DNA from: Thermodesulfobacteriota bacterium
GTDB lineage: Bacteria > Desulfobacterota_D > UBA1144 > Nemesobacterales > UBA2774
NCBI GenBank assembly: GCA_965223335.1
Contig: OZ244991.1
Location: 2,464,001 to 2,528,000 of the forward strand
Length of the DNA stretch: 64,000 bases
Reading direction: 5' to 3'
Below are positions 38,082 through 47,271 of this stretch, in pieces; the stretch's first letter is position 1; every line of letters begins with the position of its first letter. The notes beneath the pieces are model-generated. The model did not search any database. It saw only the letters and a program-made list of their open reading frames with translations, and was not told the origin of the DNA. The translations under genes and the position numbers were made by a program.

Positions 38082-38474
38082 ATGAACGAGATCCAAGAAG
38101 TATCCGAGCTGTTTTACGCAGCACTCAATTCACTGCTAAAAGGTAACATGGAACCGATGATAGAGATATGGTCCCATGCCGACGACGTCACCTATCTAAG
38201 CCCGTTCGGCGACCTGCGTGTGGGCTGGGATTCGGTGCGTCAGTGCTGGCAGGAACAGGCCGACCAAAACCTGGGCGGCTTTGTAGAGCCGGCCGATATG
38301 CATATTATCGTAAGCGGCGATATGGCGGTTACCAATAACTACGAACTGGGACATTCAAACGTCCACGGCAAAGAGACCGATATCAAAATCCGCGCTACCA
38401 ACACCTATCGCAAAGAAAACGGCCAGTGGAAAATGGTCGGCCACCACACCGACACTATCCCAGGATTTGAGTAG
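38082..38474 (+). CDS. SnoaL/DUF4440 NTF2-like protein
   Basis: WSHADDVT...GWDSVR...RATNTYRKENGQWKMVGHH. Confidence 0.9.
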   Translation: MNEIQEVSELFYAALNSLLKGNMEPMIEIWSHADDVTYLSPFGDLRVGWDSVRQCWQEQADQNLGGFVEPADMHIIVSGDMAVTNNYELGHSNVHGKETDIKIRATNTYRKENGQWKMVGHHTDTIPGFE

Positions 38475-38512
38475 GGCTAACAGGCCTCCCCAACTCCGCA
38501 AAATTTTGCATA

Positions 38513-38541
38513 TTGACTCCAATATCCGATGCTCCTATAAT
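38513..38541 (+). promoter_or_regulatory. Near-consensus sigma70 promoter
   Basis: TTGACT-17-TATAAT. Confidence 0.8.
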
Positions 38542-38563
38542 TTAAATAGGAGGTGACAAGATC

Positions 38564-38593
38564 ATGGGAGATTGTGATAGTCCACCTTGCTAG
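38564..38593 (+). CDS. Candidate 9-aa micropeptide MGDCDSPPC
   Basis: AGGAGGTG RBS at 38548-38555, 8 nt before ATG; lies between promoter and terminator. Confidence 0.45.
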   Translation: MGDCDSPPC

Positions 38594-38683
38594 AAAGTGT
38601 TTTTTTGACAGATTTAACACAAGCGAGGTTAGTTTAAACTCGCCAAAAATAGCTAGATGCTATTTAAGTAAAATTTAAACCTC

Positions 38684-38708
38684 AAAGGGAGCTTAGGCTC
38701 CCTTTTTT
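38684..38708 (+). terminator. Rho-independent terminator
   Basis: AAAGGGAGC-TTAG-GCTCCCTTT then T-run. Confidence 0.85.
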
Positions 38709-38790
38709 AATATGTGCCCCCTTTCTTAACTCCAATTATTCCAAAAAATGAATCTCTCAATACTAACCACATTATTTCGGAGTACAAAGT

Positions 38791-38844
38791 CTATCAAGAC
38801 TTGTCATGACATGTCTTGACATATCATGACATCGGTTTTATTCT
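38791..38844 (+). promoter_or_regulatory. TA promoter with four 10-bp tandem operator repeats
   Basis: ctaTCAAGAC ttgTCATGAC atgTCTTGAC ataTCATGAC; TTGACA(38816)-17-TATTCT. Confidence 0.8.
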
Positions 38845-38862
38845 CTTATACAGGTGACCACC

Positions 38863-39084
38863 ATGGCAATAGAAAAAATATCTACGAAAGCCGACGAAAA
38901 ACTGTGGGAGGAAGTAAAAAACATCGCCGAAAAAGAAGGCAAGTATGTATACACTCTTGTTAACGAGGCGTTTTCGGACCTCATCCAAAAACGCAAGCAA
39001 ACTAGCCCCCGTAAGTCCGTCATAGAACAGTTCGCAGCCAGTGTAGACGAGCACCAGTCGCTCTATCAAAAGCTAGCCAAGTGA
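38863..39084 (+). CDS. Putative RHH-type antitoxin
   Basis: EKISTKADEKLWEEVKNIAEKEGK...LVNEA pattern; ends LYQKLAK; GTGA overlap with doc. Confidence 0.8.
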   Translation: MAIEKISTKADEKLWEEVKNIAEKEGKYVYTLVNEAFSDLIQKRKQTSPRKSVIEQFAASVDEHQSLYQKLAK

Positions 39085-39455
39085 CCCAATACCTGACCAC
39101 AATAGAAGTCCTCCACATGCAGCGCTACCTCGTCGATAGGTTCGGCGGTACACATGGCATACGCGACCCCGGCGCACTCGAGGCGGCACTCTACAGGCCT
39201 CAAAGCGGCTACTACAAAGACACCCTCGCCCAGGCTGCTGCACTTTGGGAGAGTGTGACCAATAACCACCCGTTTATCGACGGCAACAAACGAATTGGAT
39301 TCGCTGTCACAGACACATTCCTCAGGTTAAACGGATACAAAATCACTGCCGATCCCGACACTATCTATAAATTTATGGACGGCCTGTTCAACAACAATCA
39401 GTTCCGTTTTGACCGACTCGAACCCTGGCTCCGTAAAAATACAACGACCGTCTAA
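39081..39455 (+). CDS. doc: Death-on-curing (Fic/Doc) family toxin
   Basis: GIRDPGALEAALYRP, NHPFIDGNKRIG, FLRLNG. Confidence 0.93.
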   Translation: MTQYLTTIEVLHMQRYLVDRFGGTHGIRDPGALEAALYRPQSGYYKDTLAQAAALWESVTNNHPFIDGNKRIGFAVTDTFLRLNGYKITADPDTIYKFMDGLFNNNQFRFDRLEPWLRKNTTTV

Positions 39456-39500
39456 CCCCCACTCTCCTCTACTCACTCATAAACGTGTATTATTATTTGT

Positions 39501-40163
39501 ATGGTTGTTCAGATTGTCGTAATCCTTGCGATCATAGCTGTTTTAGCCGCGATCCTCATCCTCACCAACAAAAAGTACCGCTATTCCCACGCCTACTTGT
39601 TGTCCTGCGCAATTACCAAGGAAAAGCCCCCCACGCAGGAAATTCGCGACCTGGTAAATAACGTGCTGGGACGCTACCCCATCGAGTTCTATCACTCGCC
39701 CGATGCACTGTGTCAGGGAGTCGAGGTTTGGATCGCAGAGCTCGGGCAAAAACCCCAGAGCCACGAGTCCACTCCCATGTGTGCCGTGGTCACGGTCGAT
39801 ATCCCCACTCAGCCCGACCCCATTACGCTGCTCGGATACGAGGGCACCGACCCCGAGAATCCAACAGGCTCGGCGGCCTACTATTCCGATGCCCAGAGCT
39901 CTGACCTGCTCCAGGGGCTTCATAGATCTGCCGATCCCTCAAACAGCCTCCGGCACAACGGCCGCGGGTTCCTATGCTATACACAAAGCCCCGAGAAAGT
40001 CGGAGACCTCTTGCATGAAAGCTTTATTGATGCGCTCAAAGAAGAGCTGTCGGAATCGTTCGAGATAGTCGCACTCAGGGATAAATTTATGATAGTCCAG
40101 GCCCCCTTCCCCAGGTTAAAAGAGCTCCTGCCCCACATCCTTAAACTCCACGCCGCAGTCTAA
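39501..40163 (+). CDS. Membrane-anchored hypothetical protein
   Basis: N-terminal TM helix followed by soluble domain. Confidence 0.65.
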   Translation: MVVQIVVILAIIAVLAAILILTNKKYRYSHAYLLSCAITKEKPPTQEIRDLVNNVLGRYPIEFYHSPDALCQGVEVWIAELGQKPQSHESTPMCAVVTVDIPTQPDPITLLGYEGTDPENPTGSAAYYSDAQSSDLLQGLHRSADPSNSLRHNGRGFLCYTQSPEKVGDLLHESFIDALKEELSESFEIVALRDKFMIVQAPFPRLKELLPHILKLHAAV

Positions 40164-40204
40164 GCCCCAAGCCCTGCAATAAATCCTAGATTACTGCCTA
40201 GTCG

Positions 40205-40978
40205 CTATTGCTCGACGTCTGTGGAGGGGGTGATCTCCTCTATCCCGCCGTTTGCCGACACAATGGCAATAAAATAATTGCCCCTAAACCTCAGCTCCTC
40301 GGGTATGCCGTGCTGTTCCACCACGATATCATACACGCCGCTAGCCGGTAGTGTAGCTACGATCTCAAGCGGCAGCATACCGGTTAAGGCCTCAAGCTCC
40401 ACACCCCCGTCGCGGAGTATCATCGTAGCCTGTTCACCCACGTGCCCTGCCTCGGGGTCCTCTTCGAGTGTAATCACGACCTCGTCACCGCCGGTGCCTG
40501 CAAAACTGTGCGTATCGCGGTCGCGCCGTGGCTTGTTGTTGTCATCCCCCAACATCGCCGCAGCCGACACTGTTTCGTCTTCCTTGAGTTCGGACGATAT
40601 CTTATCCTTGGTCATCCTAAGCAGGACCTCGTCGTCGTCTTTTTTAAGTGTGAACTTCGTTTTGTCCAAGATCGGTCCAAGACACGAGAACGCACCCCCG
40701 GGATCAGGCACGCAGATACTGCAAGACCATTTGCCGTAGGGCGAAAATATATTTACATCCGCAGTATAAAACTTTGCACGATCCGCCCCCGGGCTCACGT
40801 CCACAAGCCCCGATGTCCTCAAAAACGGCCCTGTGCAATTGAGCTGAAGTGTCTCTGCGCCCTTCTCCTTTTCGTAAGTCACATAAAAAGGTATGTGCTT
40901 CTCGGCCAACGCTTCGTACGGCAAACCCGCAAAAACAATCAATGCTAATAATGAAAAAACAGTCCTAGATATATTCAT
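40205..40978 (-). CDS. Exported protein with C-terminal PPC-like beta domain
   Basis: Signal peptide; DRDTHSFAGTGGDEVVITLE...TLPASGVYDIVV; GGAGGAG RBS. Confidence 0.7.
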   Translation of the reverse strand: MNISRTVFSLLALIVFAGLPYEALAEKHIPFYVTYEKEKGAETLQLNCTGPFLRTSGLVDVSPGADRAKFYTADVNIFSPYGKWSCSICVPDPGGAFSCLGPILDKTKFTLKKDDDEVLLRMTKDKISSELKEDETVSAAAMLGDDNNKPRRDRDTHSFAGTGGDEVVITLEEDPEAGHVGEQATMILRDGGVELEALTGMLPLEIVATLPASGVYDIVVEQHGIPEELRFRGNYFIAIVSANGGIEEITPSTDVEQ

Positions 40979-41370
40979 AAACTCCTCCCCCTTTGGATCG
41001 CTCCGAAATTGCTACATTGTAATAGTTTACGCTAAGTTTCAGTGTAAGGTGAAGAATTTTGGTGGGTCTATTTGCGTGACTATAGGTGCAAACAACCGAT
41101 CTAAGCACCGGCTATACATTTGCATTAGTTAGACAATACTTTATATATAAGACCTAACTGCCTGATAATATATAATATTCTAGGCATTACAAAGGGCTAT
41201 GAATACAGTTTTCATTAAGAGCAGTCTAAGCCCCTCTCCTCCAGCCCTGCCCAATACAGATACCGGTTTTCTACTAGGTATATTTCGGAAAGTATACAGT
41301 GAAAAACAACAGTTAAATACATTGGGGGTATCCGAAAAGCCCCAATACCCCACTGTAACCGAGAGCCCCG

Positions 41371-41532
41371 CTATTTGAATCCGGACTCACCAACGTATGT
41401 TGTATCATGCACTACGTTTTCTTGCTGGGTATTTATAGCTTTATCCGCAGAAGATGCTAAATTTAGTAATAGTACAGCGGTTAAAATAATTAGTATCGTG
41501 CCTATAGCCGTGTAGACTAGGTATTTAAACAT
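41371..41532 (-). CDS. Small single-TM protein
   Basis: GGAGGGGTG RBS then MFKYLVYTAIGTILIILTAVLLLNL. Confidence 0.5.
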   Translation of the reverse strand: MFKYLVYTAIGTILIILTAVLLLNLASSADKAINTQQENVVHDTTYVGESGFK

Positions 41533-41832
41533 TCTAATTTCACCCCTCCAAGCAAATTCCATATTCCCAAATCCCTAGAACCTGCTGGACAACCACATCC
41601 TCCAATCATGCATATGCAACTAAGTATATTATACATTAACTCGCAAATTATGTCACTACAAGCAATTTCCGCAATTTATTTCCTAGACCCTTGTATCACG
41701 CTGTAATCATTGAGTATTATCTTTATTGTATTGATGACCCGATCATATGCACCAACCGCCTTTATCCCACACCTTGCAAAACACTGCGCAACTCTCTATA
41801 CTCGTAGCCTAAAGTATCCCGAGAATAGATAT

Positions 41833-43113
41833 ATGCCCTCTGAAAACACTCTATTCCCTCATAAAAAGACCGTAATTGCAACATCCCTCGCTATCATTCT
41901 CGAGTGGTATAATTTCTCTATCTTCGGCTTTTTCGCCGTCGTTATCTCAAAGCTGTTTTTTCCATTTACCAGCGAGTCAGCATCGATCATCTTCACATAC
42001 GTTTTGTTTGCCGTGAGTTTTTTGTTCCGCCCTCTGGGGTCGGTGGTCATCGGCTACCTGGGCGACCGCTATGGCAGGAAAAACGCCTTTATACTCACGC
42101 TTATTTTAATCACACTCCCCACGGTGCTTATAGGGTTGCTACCCACGTACGCCGATATCGGCGTTACAGCGACTGTGCTGCTCATAGTGCTTCGTATAGC
42201 ACAGGGGCTATCAGTCGGGGGCGAGCGGTCGTCCACCATCTCGCTACTGGCCGAGATTGCACCCCCGGGGCTTCGAGGTGTGTACAGCAGTCTCTCGCTC
42301 TTTAGCACCACTGTGGGCATTTTGCTGGCCTCTGCGGTGTGCGGCTATGTGTCGGGGGCTATGAGCGAAGATGCGCTTTACCGCTGGGGTTGGCGTATCC
42401 CTTTTATTTTCGGGCTCCTCACGGGTGTGGCGTCCCTCTTCCTCCGCAGAATATTGGTGGAATCGACTAAATTCACCGAGCTCCGCCAGCGTGGCCAGGT
42501 CTCGTCCTCGCCCCTTGTAGAGTCGATCAAAAACCACTGGCGCGCCATACTCACCGTGCTCTCGGCCACACTCATGTTCGCAGTCAGTTTCTACCTAATC
42601 TTCATCTACGTCATCACATTCGGGGCCAAGATCGGGGGAATGCCGCTATCTACCGTACTCAACATGACAACGATTAATCTGGCCATTATCACAGTGATGG
42701 TCCCGGCATGCGGCTACCTGGCAGACAAAGTCGGGCGCAAACCGGTGATGATAGCAGGGTGTGCGGGGATGGCCGTGGTGTCGCTATTTTTCTTCCAGAT
42801 ATACGCCACAGGCACGCTATCTCAAAAGGTATTCATACAGCTCTCGGCCGGGGTAATGAACCTGCTCTTTGCAGGGGGGCTCGCGGCGTTTATGGCCGAG
42901 TGCTTCCCCACACGTGTGCGAATGAGCGGAATTTCTATGGGCAATGTGGTCAGCTTCTCGGTGTTCGGGGGCTCGGCGCCCCTCATAGCAGCCTATCTAG
43001 TGGACAAAACGGGTGATGTGAATTCGCCGGGGATATACCTGCTTGTGTGCTCTTTAATCTCGCTCGTAACTATAGTTATAGTCAAAGAAACCAGGGGCAA
43101 GAGCCTCGAGTAA
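41833..43113 (+). CDS. MFS transporter, MHS (ProP-like) family
   Basis: EWYNFSIFG, RPLG...GDRYGRK, GLLPTYADIG, QGLSVGGE, WGWRIPF. Confidence 0.93.
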   Translation: MPSENTLFPHKKTVIATSLAIILEWYNFSIFGFFAVVISKLFFPFTSESASIIFTYVLFAVSFLFRPLGSVVIGYLGDRYGRKNAFILTLILITLPTVLIGLLPTYADIGVTATVLLIVLRIAQGLSVGGERSSTISLLAEIAPPGLRGVYSSLSLFSTTVGILLASAVCGYVSGAMSEDALYRWGWRIPFIFGLLTGVASLFLRRILVESTKFTELRQRGQVSSSPLVESIKNHWRAILTVLSATLMFAVSFYLIFIYVITFGAKIGGMPLSTVLNMTTINLAIITVMVPACGYLADKVGRKPVMIAGCAGMAVVSLFFFQIYATGTLSQKVFIQLSAGVMNLLFAGGLAAFMAECFPTRVRMSGISMGNVVSFSVFGGSAPLIAAYLVDKTGDVNSPGIYLLVCSLISLVTIVIVKETRGKSLE

Positions 43114-43122
43114 TAATCGGCC

Positions 43123-43614
43123 CTAGTCGGTGGATTTACGCGTTTTATACTCGTCTACAGTGATTATGTCGAGCTTGTATCTCGGGTCGTAGCTCTCTGT
43201 GCAGAACCTGCACGAATACTCACGGTGCACCTGTCTGTAAAATGGCGTGCTTTTACCACACTCGGGGCATATCCCCATATATTTGCCGCGTGGAAGATTA
43301 GTACCATTCAGGTCTGCACACCTTCTGGGCTCGCACCCCACCTCGACCGCAATCTCCTTCCAGCGCCTACCGTGCCCCGTGCTCCCGGTCTCGATGTAAT
43401 GAAGCGCATGCGCCACTTCGTGGAGCAGCGTGTCGCGTATCACGGCTATGGGATTTGTCTCCATATAGGCGAGTGAAAGTGAGATAATCTTGCGCTGGGG
43501 CTTACAATAGCCGAGCTTCCGCTTTTGGTTGGAAAACCTAAGTTCCCAGCCCCCAAGCCCCCACTTGCTCCGGCACTCATCCCACAGATCCGCTATCTCT
43601 TCTACAGTAGTCAT
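43123..43614 (-). CDS. SprT-like zinc metalloprotease
   Basis: TLLHEVAHA, HGRRWK, CPEC/CRFC. Confidence 0.9.
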   Translation of the reverse strand: MTTVEEIADLWDECRSKWGLGGWELRFSNQKRKLGYCKPQRKIISLSLAYMETNPIAVIRDTLLHEVAHALHYIETGSTGHGRRWKEIAVEVGCEPRRCADLNGTNLPRGKYMGICPECGKSTPFYRQVHREYSCRFCTESYDPRYKLDIITVDEYKTRKSTD

Positions 43615-43655
43615 ATGTGTACTAGCATTCGCTCAATTCGCAATTTGAGAAACTC

Positions 43656-44111
43656 TTACTTGCTGCAGTAGCTATCCACAATGTAGTTGTCTACGGACCA
43701 CCTTCCCCCGCCTGCAAGCATAACTACTATACCCAGTCCCAGCACTGCCAGGTGGTACTCAAACCCCTCGCCCTGCTGCGTGCCGAACCAGTTCATGAAA
43801 AAGCCGTGCTCAAGGTGCACCATAAATATCGCACCCAGCATTATAAGGCTTATGCCGAATGCCGCAAACCTGCTTATGAGACCTAATATGAGCATTATAG
43901 CCCCTACAGACTCCCCTAAGATGATGAGTATCGCTACAGGCGCGGGTATCCCCGACTGTACAAAAAAATCTACCGTGGGTGAAAACCCGTATCCCCCAAA
44001 CGCACCTACTGTCTTTTGCAGGCCGTGGGGCAGTATAATGAAACCCAAAAACAATCTGGCAACCAATGCCGCTGTGTTATTGCAATCGGTCTGTAATAAC
44101 TGTTTTAACAT
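43656..44111 (-). CDS. DoxX family membrane protein
   Basis: HGLQK, VHLEHGFFMNW, GEGFEYHL, GGGRWSVD. Confidence 0.93.
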   Translation of the reverse strand: MLKQLLQTDCNNTAALVARLFLGFIILPHGLQKTVGAFGGYGFSPTVDFFVQSGIPAPVAILIILGESVGAIMLILGLISRFAAFGISLIMLGAIFMVHLEHGFFMNWFGTQQGEGFEYHLAVLGLGIVVMLAGGGRWSVDNYIVDSYCSK

Positions 44112-44220
44112 ATATTCCTCCAGTACATGTTTGGTGTGTCCAAGGCACCTTACATATTAGATGCATATATTACATAAAGATGCCCAATGCGCCACAACAT
44201 ATTATTTTGCAAACTATTCA

Positions 44221-44550
44221 TTAGTTGAGCGATTCCACCGGCAGTCCCGCCTCTATCCAGTCCTGTTTGCCCTGGGCGTACTCATACACACTCGTATACC
44301 CCATGTCCTCAAGCGCTCGGACTGCTTTTACCGAGTTCTGACACGCCTCATCGGCACAATACACAACAATCCGTGCATCTTTGTCCGGCAACAGTTTATC
44401 GGCTTTTTCTCCCGCCTCGGTATGATCCATCTGCAATGCTCCCGGGATATGGGCATCTTTCCAGTGCATCTCACCCAAAGCCTCTACCACCGTAAGCTGC
44501 TCATTGTTTTCTATTAGCCAAGCGAGCTCATCTCTTGCGATATATTTCAT
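44221..44550 (-). CDS. Rhodanese-like domain protein
   Basis: HIPGA, IVVYCADEAC, YAQGKQDWIEAGLP; AGGAGG RBS before ATG 44550. Confidence 0.9.
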   Translation of the reverse strand: MKYIARDELAWLIENNEQLTVVEALGEMHWKDAHIPGALQMDHTEAGEKADKLLPDKDARIVVYCADEACQNSVKAVRALEDMGYTSVYEYAQGKQDWIEAGLPVESLN

Positions 44551-44574
44551 ATATAAAACCTCCTTGATTCTATT

Positions 44575-44628
44575 TAGTTGCATATGCAACTATTGTTATT
44601 TATAACACAAACTAGTTGCAATTGCAAC
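44575..44628. promoter_or_regulatory. Two palindromic operators between divergent rhodanese and MarR genes
   Basis: TAGTTGCATATGCAACTA (44575-44592) and GTTGCAATTGCAAC (44615-44628). Confidence 0.8.
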
Positions 44629-44651
44629 AGAGTTGTATTATATTAGGGGAA

Positions 44652-45095
44652 ATGGCTAAAGAGATTACAGACAAAGAGACCAGGGCGTGGGTGGGGTTGG
44701 TACATGCACAGCAGATACTGGTCGAAAAAGTAGAGCGCGATCTTAAACAGCAGGGGCTACCCCCCCTCGGGTGGTACGATGTGCTCTGGGAGCTTGAGCG
44801 CACACCGGGCGGGATGCTCCGTTTAAACGACCTGGGCAAAAGAGTACTGCTCAGCAAATACAATGTCACACGCCTGGTACAGAGGCTCGATGAGGCGGGG
44901 CTGGTCAAAAAAGAGTGCTGCACTCAAGACGGCCGCGGCATAGTGGCATGCATCACACCCAAGGGCAAAAAACTACGTAAAAAAATGTGGCCCGTATACC
45001 AAGAGGCGCTCAGAAAACATTTCCTTGCTAATTACAATAAAACAGAGCTAGACCTGCTCACCAAGCTCGTAAACCGCATAGCCTCCCCGGACTGA
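44652..45095 (+). CDS. MarR family transcriptional regulator
   Basis: WYDVLWEL, LSKYNVTRLVQRLDEAGLV, DGRG...ITPKG. Confidence 0.93.
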   Translation: MAKEITDKETRAWVGLVHAQQILVEKVERDLKQQGLPPLGWYDVLWELERTPGGMLRLNDLGKRVLLSKYNVTRLVQRLDEAGLVKKECCTQDGRGIVACITPKGKKLRKKMWPVYQEALRKHFLANYNKTELDLLTKLVNRIASPD

Positions 45096-45250
45096 TACAC
45101 TCTCTGCCCGACACTTATTTTATATCAACACCACTGTTCCCCGACAGCCAATTTCCGTGTGGAAATCACCGATTTTTCAGATATATATTATTAGAGGAGC
45201 CATTTAGAGCTATATATATTTAGATATAGACAACAGTAAGGGACACTGCC

Positions 45251-46561
45251 ATCATAGACAGCTCAGATTTAGATACCACGGTAGAGGGCGCCGAGGCGCT
45301 TACCGCAATAGAGTGTTTCAAGATCGACCTGCTCTCCATGGGCAAAGGGGTGGCCGACATCATAGCCGAGGCCGAATACTACCCCGACACCCCACTAATA
45401 CAGTCCTACGCCGCCACGGTGTGGCTCTACGGGCAGACCAAAGAGGCCGACCACACAGCACTTGAGTACCTTAAACGGGCCAAAGCACTGCTAAAATACG
45501 CCAACGAGCGCGAGGCACTATTTTATTCCGCGCTCGAGTGCTGGTACCAAAGACGGCTTAACGATGCGGCCTCAAAACTCGAAGCTCTCATAAAGCAGTG
45601 GCCACGCGACCTGGTAGCACTCAAGGTGCTCGAGTTCATCTACTATATGATGGGCCAGGAACACTCCGGCCCCAGGTTTCTCCAAACCACCGAGTCCATC
45701 TACCCGCCCAATGAACACTCGGGTTATTTCCTCTCGAGCCACTCGTTTGCGCTCGAGCTATGCGGGGAGTATAACGATGCCAGAGCGGCTTCAGAACAGG
45801 CGATCGAGCTCGAGGCCATGAACCCCTGGGCCCACCACACCCTCTCACACGTGTTCATAAAGACCGGTGACCTAGAGCAGGGCACCAGGCTCCTTGAGGA
45901 CTACCAAGACGTGTGGCAGCACTCGGGCCAGGCCATCCACTCCCATAACAACTGGCACCTGGCACTCCTATACCTCGAGTCCCTCGACACCCAATCCGCC
46001 TACTCCGTACTCGACTCCAAGATACTAAGCGACTCGCCCCATATGGTCATCCAGCAGCTGGACGCAATCTCTTTGTTATGGCGCCTCGAGATGGCCGGGC
46101 ACCATGTCCCCCATAGCGACTGGGCGCGGATTGCAGACGACGTAAGCGAGAACGCAAAACGGTGCTACACCCCATTTAATAGCGCGCACTACATCTACGC
46201 ACTCAGCAGGGCAGCCCGCACACACGACCTCGTCTCGGCGCTCGACTCCATAAAAAGCTATGTCAACGAGACCCCATGCCCCGAGGTCGAGGTTTGGAAG
46301 TCCGTGGGCATCACTCTTATCGAGGCCGCCTCACTTATGGCCGAGGACAACTACGAGCGGGCAAGGGACCTCTTTAGTGAAATAATCAACAATGTATCGA
46401 TTGTCGGGGGCAGCGATGCGCAAAACGACCTGTTTCGCCAGGCCTACCTTACCAGCTTGATTAACTGCGGCAATAAAAACAAAGCAAACGACTATATGGC
46501 AAAAATCTCCTCGTCCCCCCGGCCAACCCCCCTCCAATCATACTGGCGCTCGCTACTTTAA
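45251..46561 (+). CDS. TTC38-like tetratricopeptide repeat protein (start uncertain; first ATG at 45338)
   Basis: WPRDL, WAHHTLSHV, HNNWHLAL, DAISLLWRL, GGSDAQNDLF. Confidence 0.85.
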   Translation: MIDSSDLDTTVEGAEALTAIECFKIDLLSMGKGVADIIAEAEYYPDTPLIQSYAATVWLYGQTKEADHTALEYLKRAKALLKYANEREALFYSALECWYQRRLNDAASKLEALIKQWPRDLVALKVLEFIYYMMGQEHSGPRFLQTTESIYPPNEHSGYFLSSHSFALELCGEYNDARAASEQAIELEAMNPWAHHTLSHVFIKTGDLEQGTRLLEDYQDVWQHSGQAIHSHNNWHLALLYLESLDTQSAYSVLDSKILSDSPHMVIQQLDAISLLWRLEMAGHHVPHSDWARIADDVSENAKRCYTPFNSAHYIYALSRAARTHDLVSALDSIKSYVNETPCPEVEVWKSVGITLIEAASLMAEDNYERARDLFSEIINNVSIVGGSDAQNDLFRQAYLTSLINCGNKNKANDYMAKISSSPRPTPLQSYWRSLL

Positions 46562-46625
46562 CGGCCTTTACATCTCACCCCGCAGGGTAGCAAATCCCCA
46601 CGCTCCATATTAGTATTACAGTGGT

Positions 46626-47270
46626 ATGAATAAGCTTAGGTTTGCAGCGATCTCAGGTGGGCTTTGGGCCGGGCTCTCACTGGTCTTGGTCCTTATCGCC
46701 ATAGTGCAGGGCAAGTCCACGGGTTACGTAGAGGTCGATTTCAGGCCGCTTACCTCTCTTTACCTGCTTATCACAAACCCGCTTGAGTCGTCCAGGTACA
46801 TTGCACTCGTGTCACAGTTCGGTTTCCCGATTACTGGACTACACACAGCAATCTCTGTGATCACTGGGTTTATAGACGGGTTTACGAGCGGTTATCTCAT
46901 CGCACTTTTCTACAACCTTCTGTCGCAAGAAAATGAGCCGGGCATGGTGCAAATCGCGCTTACCTTCGGGATATCAGCGGGCATAGTGTTTGCCCTTACC
47001 TCCGCACTTTTGGCTCTGGTCACAATCGTATACAGCTTCCAGGTACCCGGGATTGAGTACAACCTCCGCCCCCTGGCACTAGTGTTTAAAATGCTGGGCG
47101 TGGTACCGGGCGTAGAGCTCTTGGCACCGGTGCTAAACTCATACGCGCTTTATCCCGCCACTGCGAGCGGAGTGTTTATGTGGGCACTATGGGGATTTAT
47201 AGACGGGTTAATAGGTGGGGCGGTCGCGGCCTGCCTATATCTTTGGATCAAGTCGCTAATATTCGAGTAA
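46626..47270 (+). CDS. Membrane protein with internal two-fold duplication
   Basis: Repeated (F/L)RPL and GFIDG...A..Y in both halves. Confidence 0.7.
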   Translation: MNKLRFAAISGGLWAGLSLVLVLIAIVQGKSTGYVEVDFRPLTSLYLLITNPLESSRYIALVSQFGFPITGLHTAISVITGFIDGFTSGYLIALFYNLLSQENEPGMVQIALTFGISAGIVFALTSALLALVTIVYSFQVPGIEYNLRPLALVFKMLGVVPGVELLAPVLNSYALYPATASGVFMWALWGFIDGLIGGAVAACLYLWIKSLIFE

Positions 47271-47271
47271 T

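Noticed and set aside
41133..41370. Possible riboswitch upstream of the 40978 gene
   Set aside because: Some hairpins are present but I recognise no aptamer consensus.
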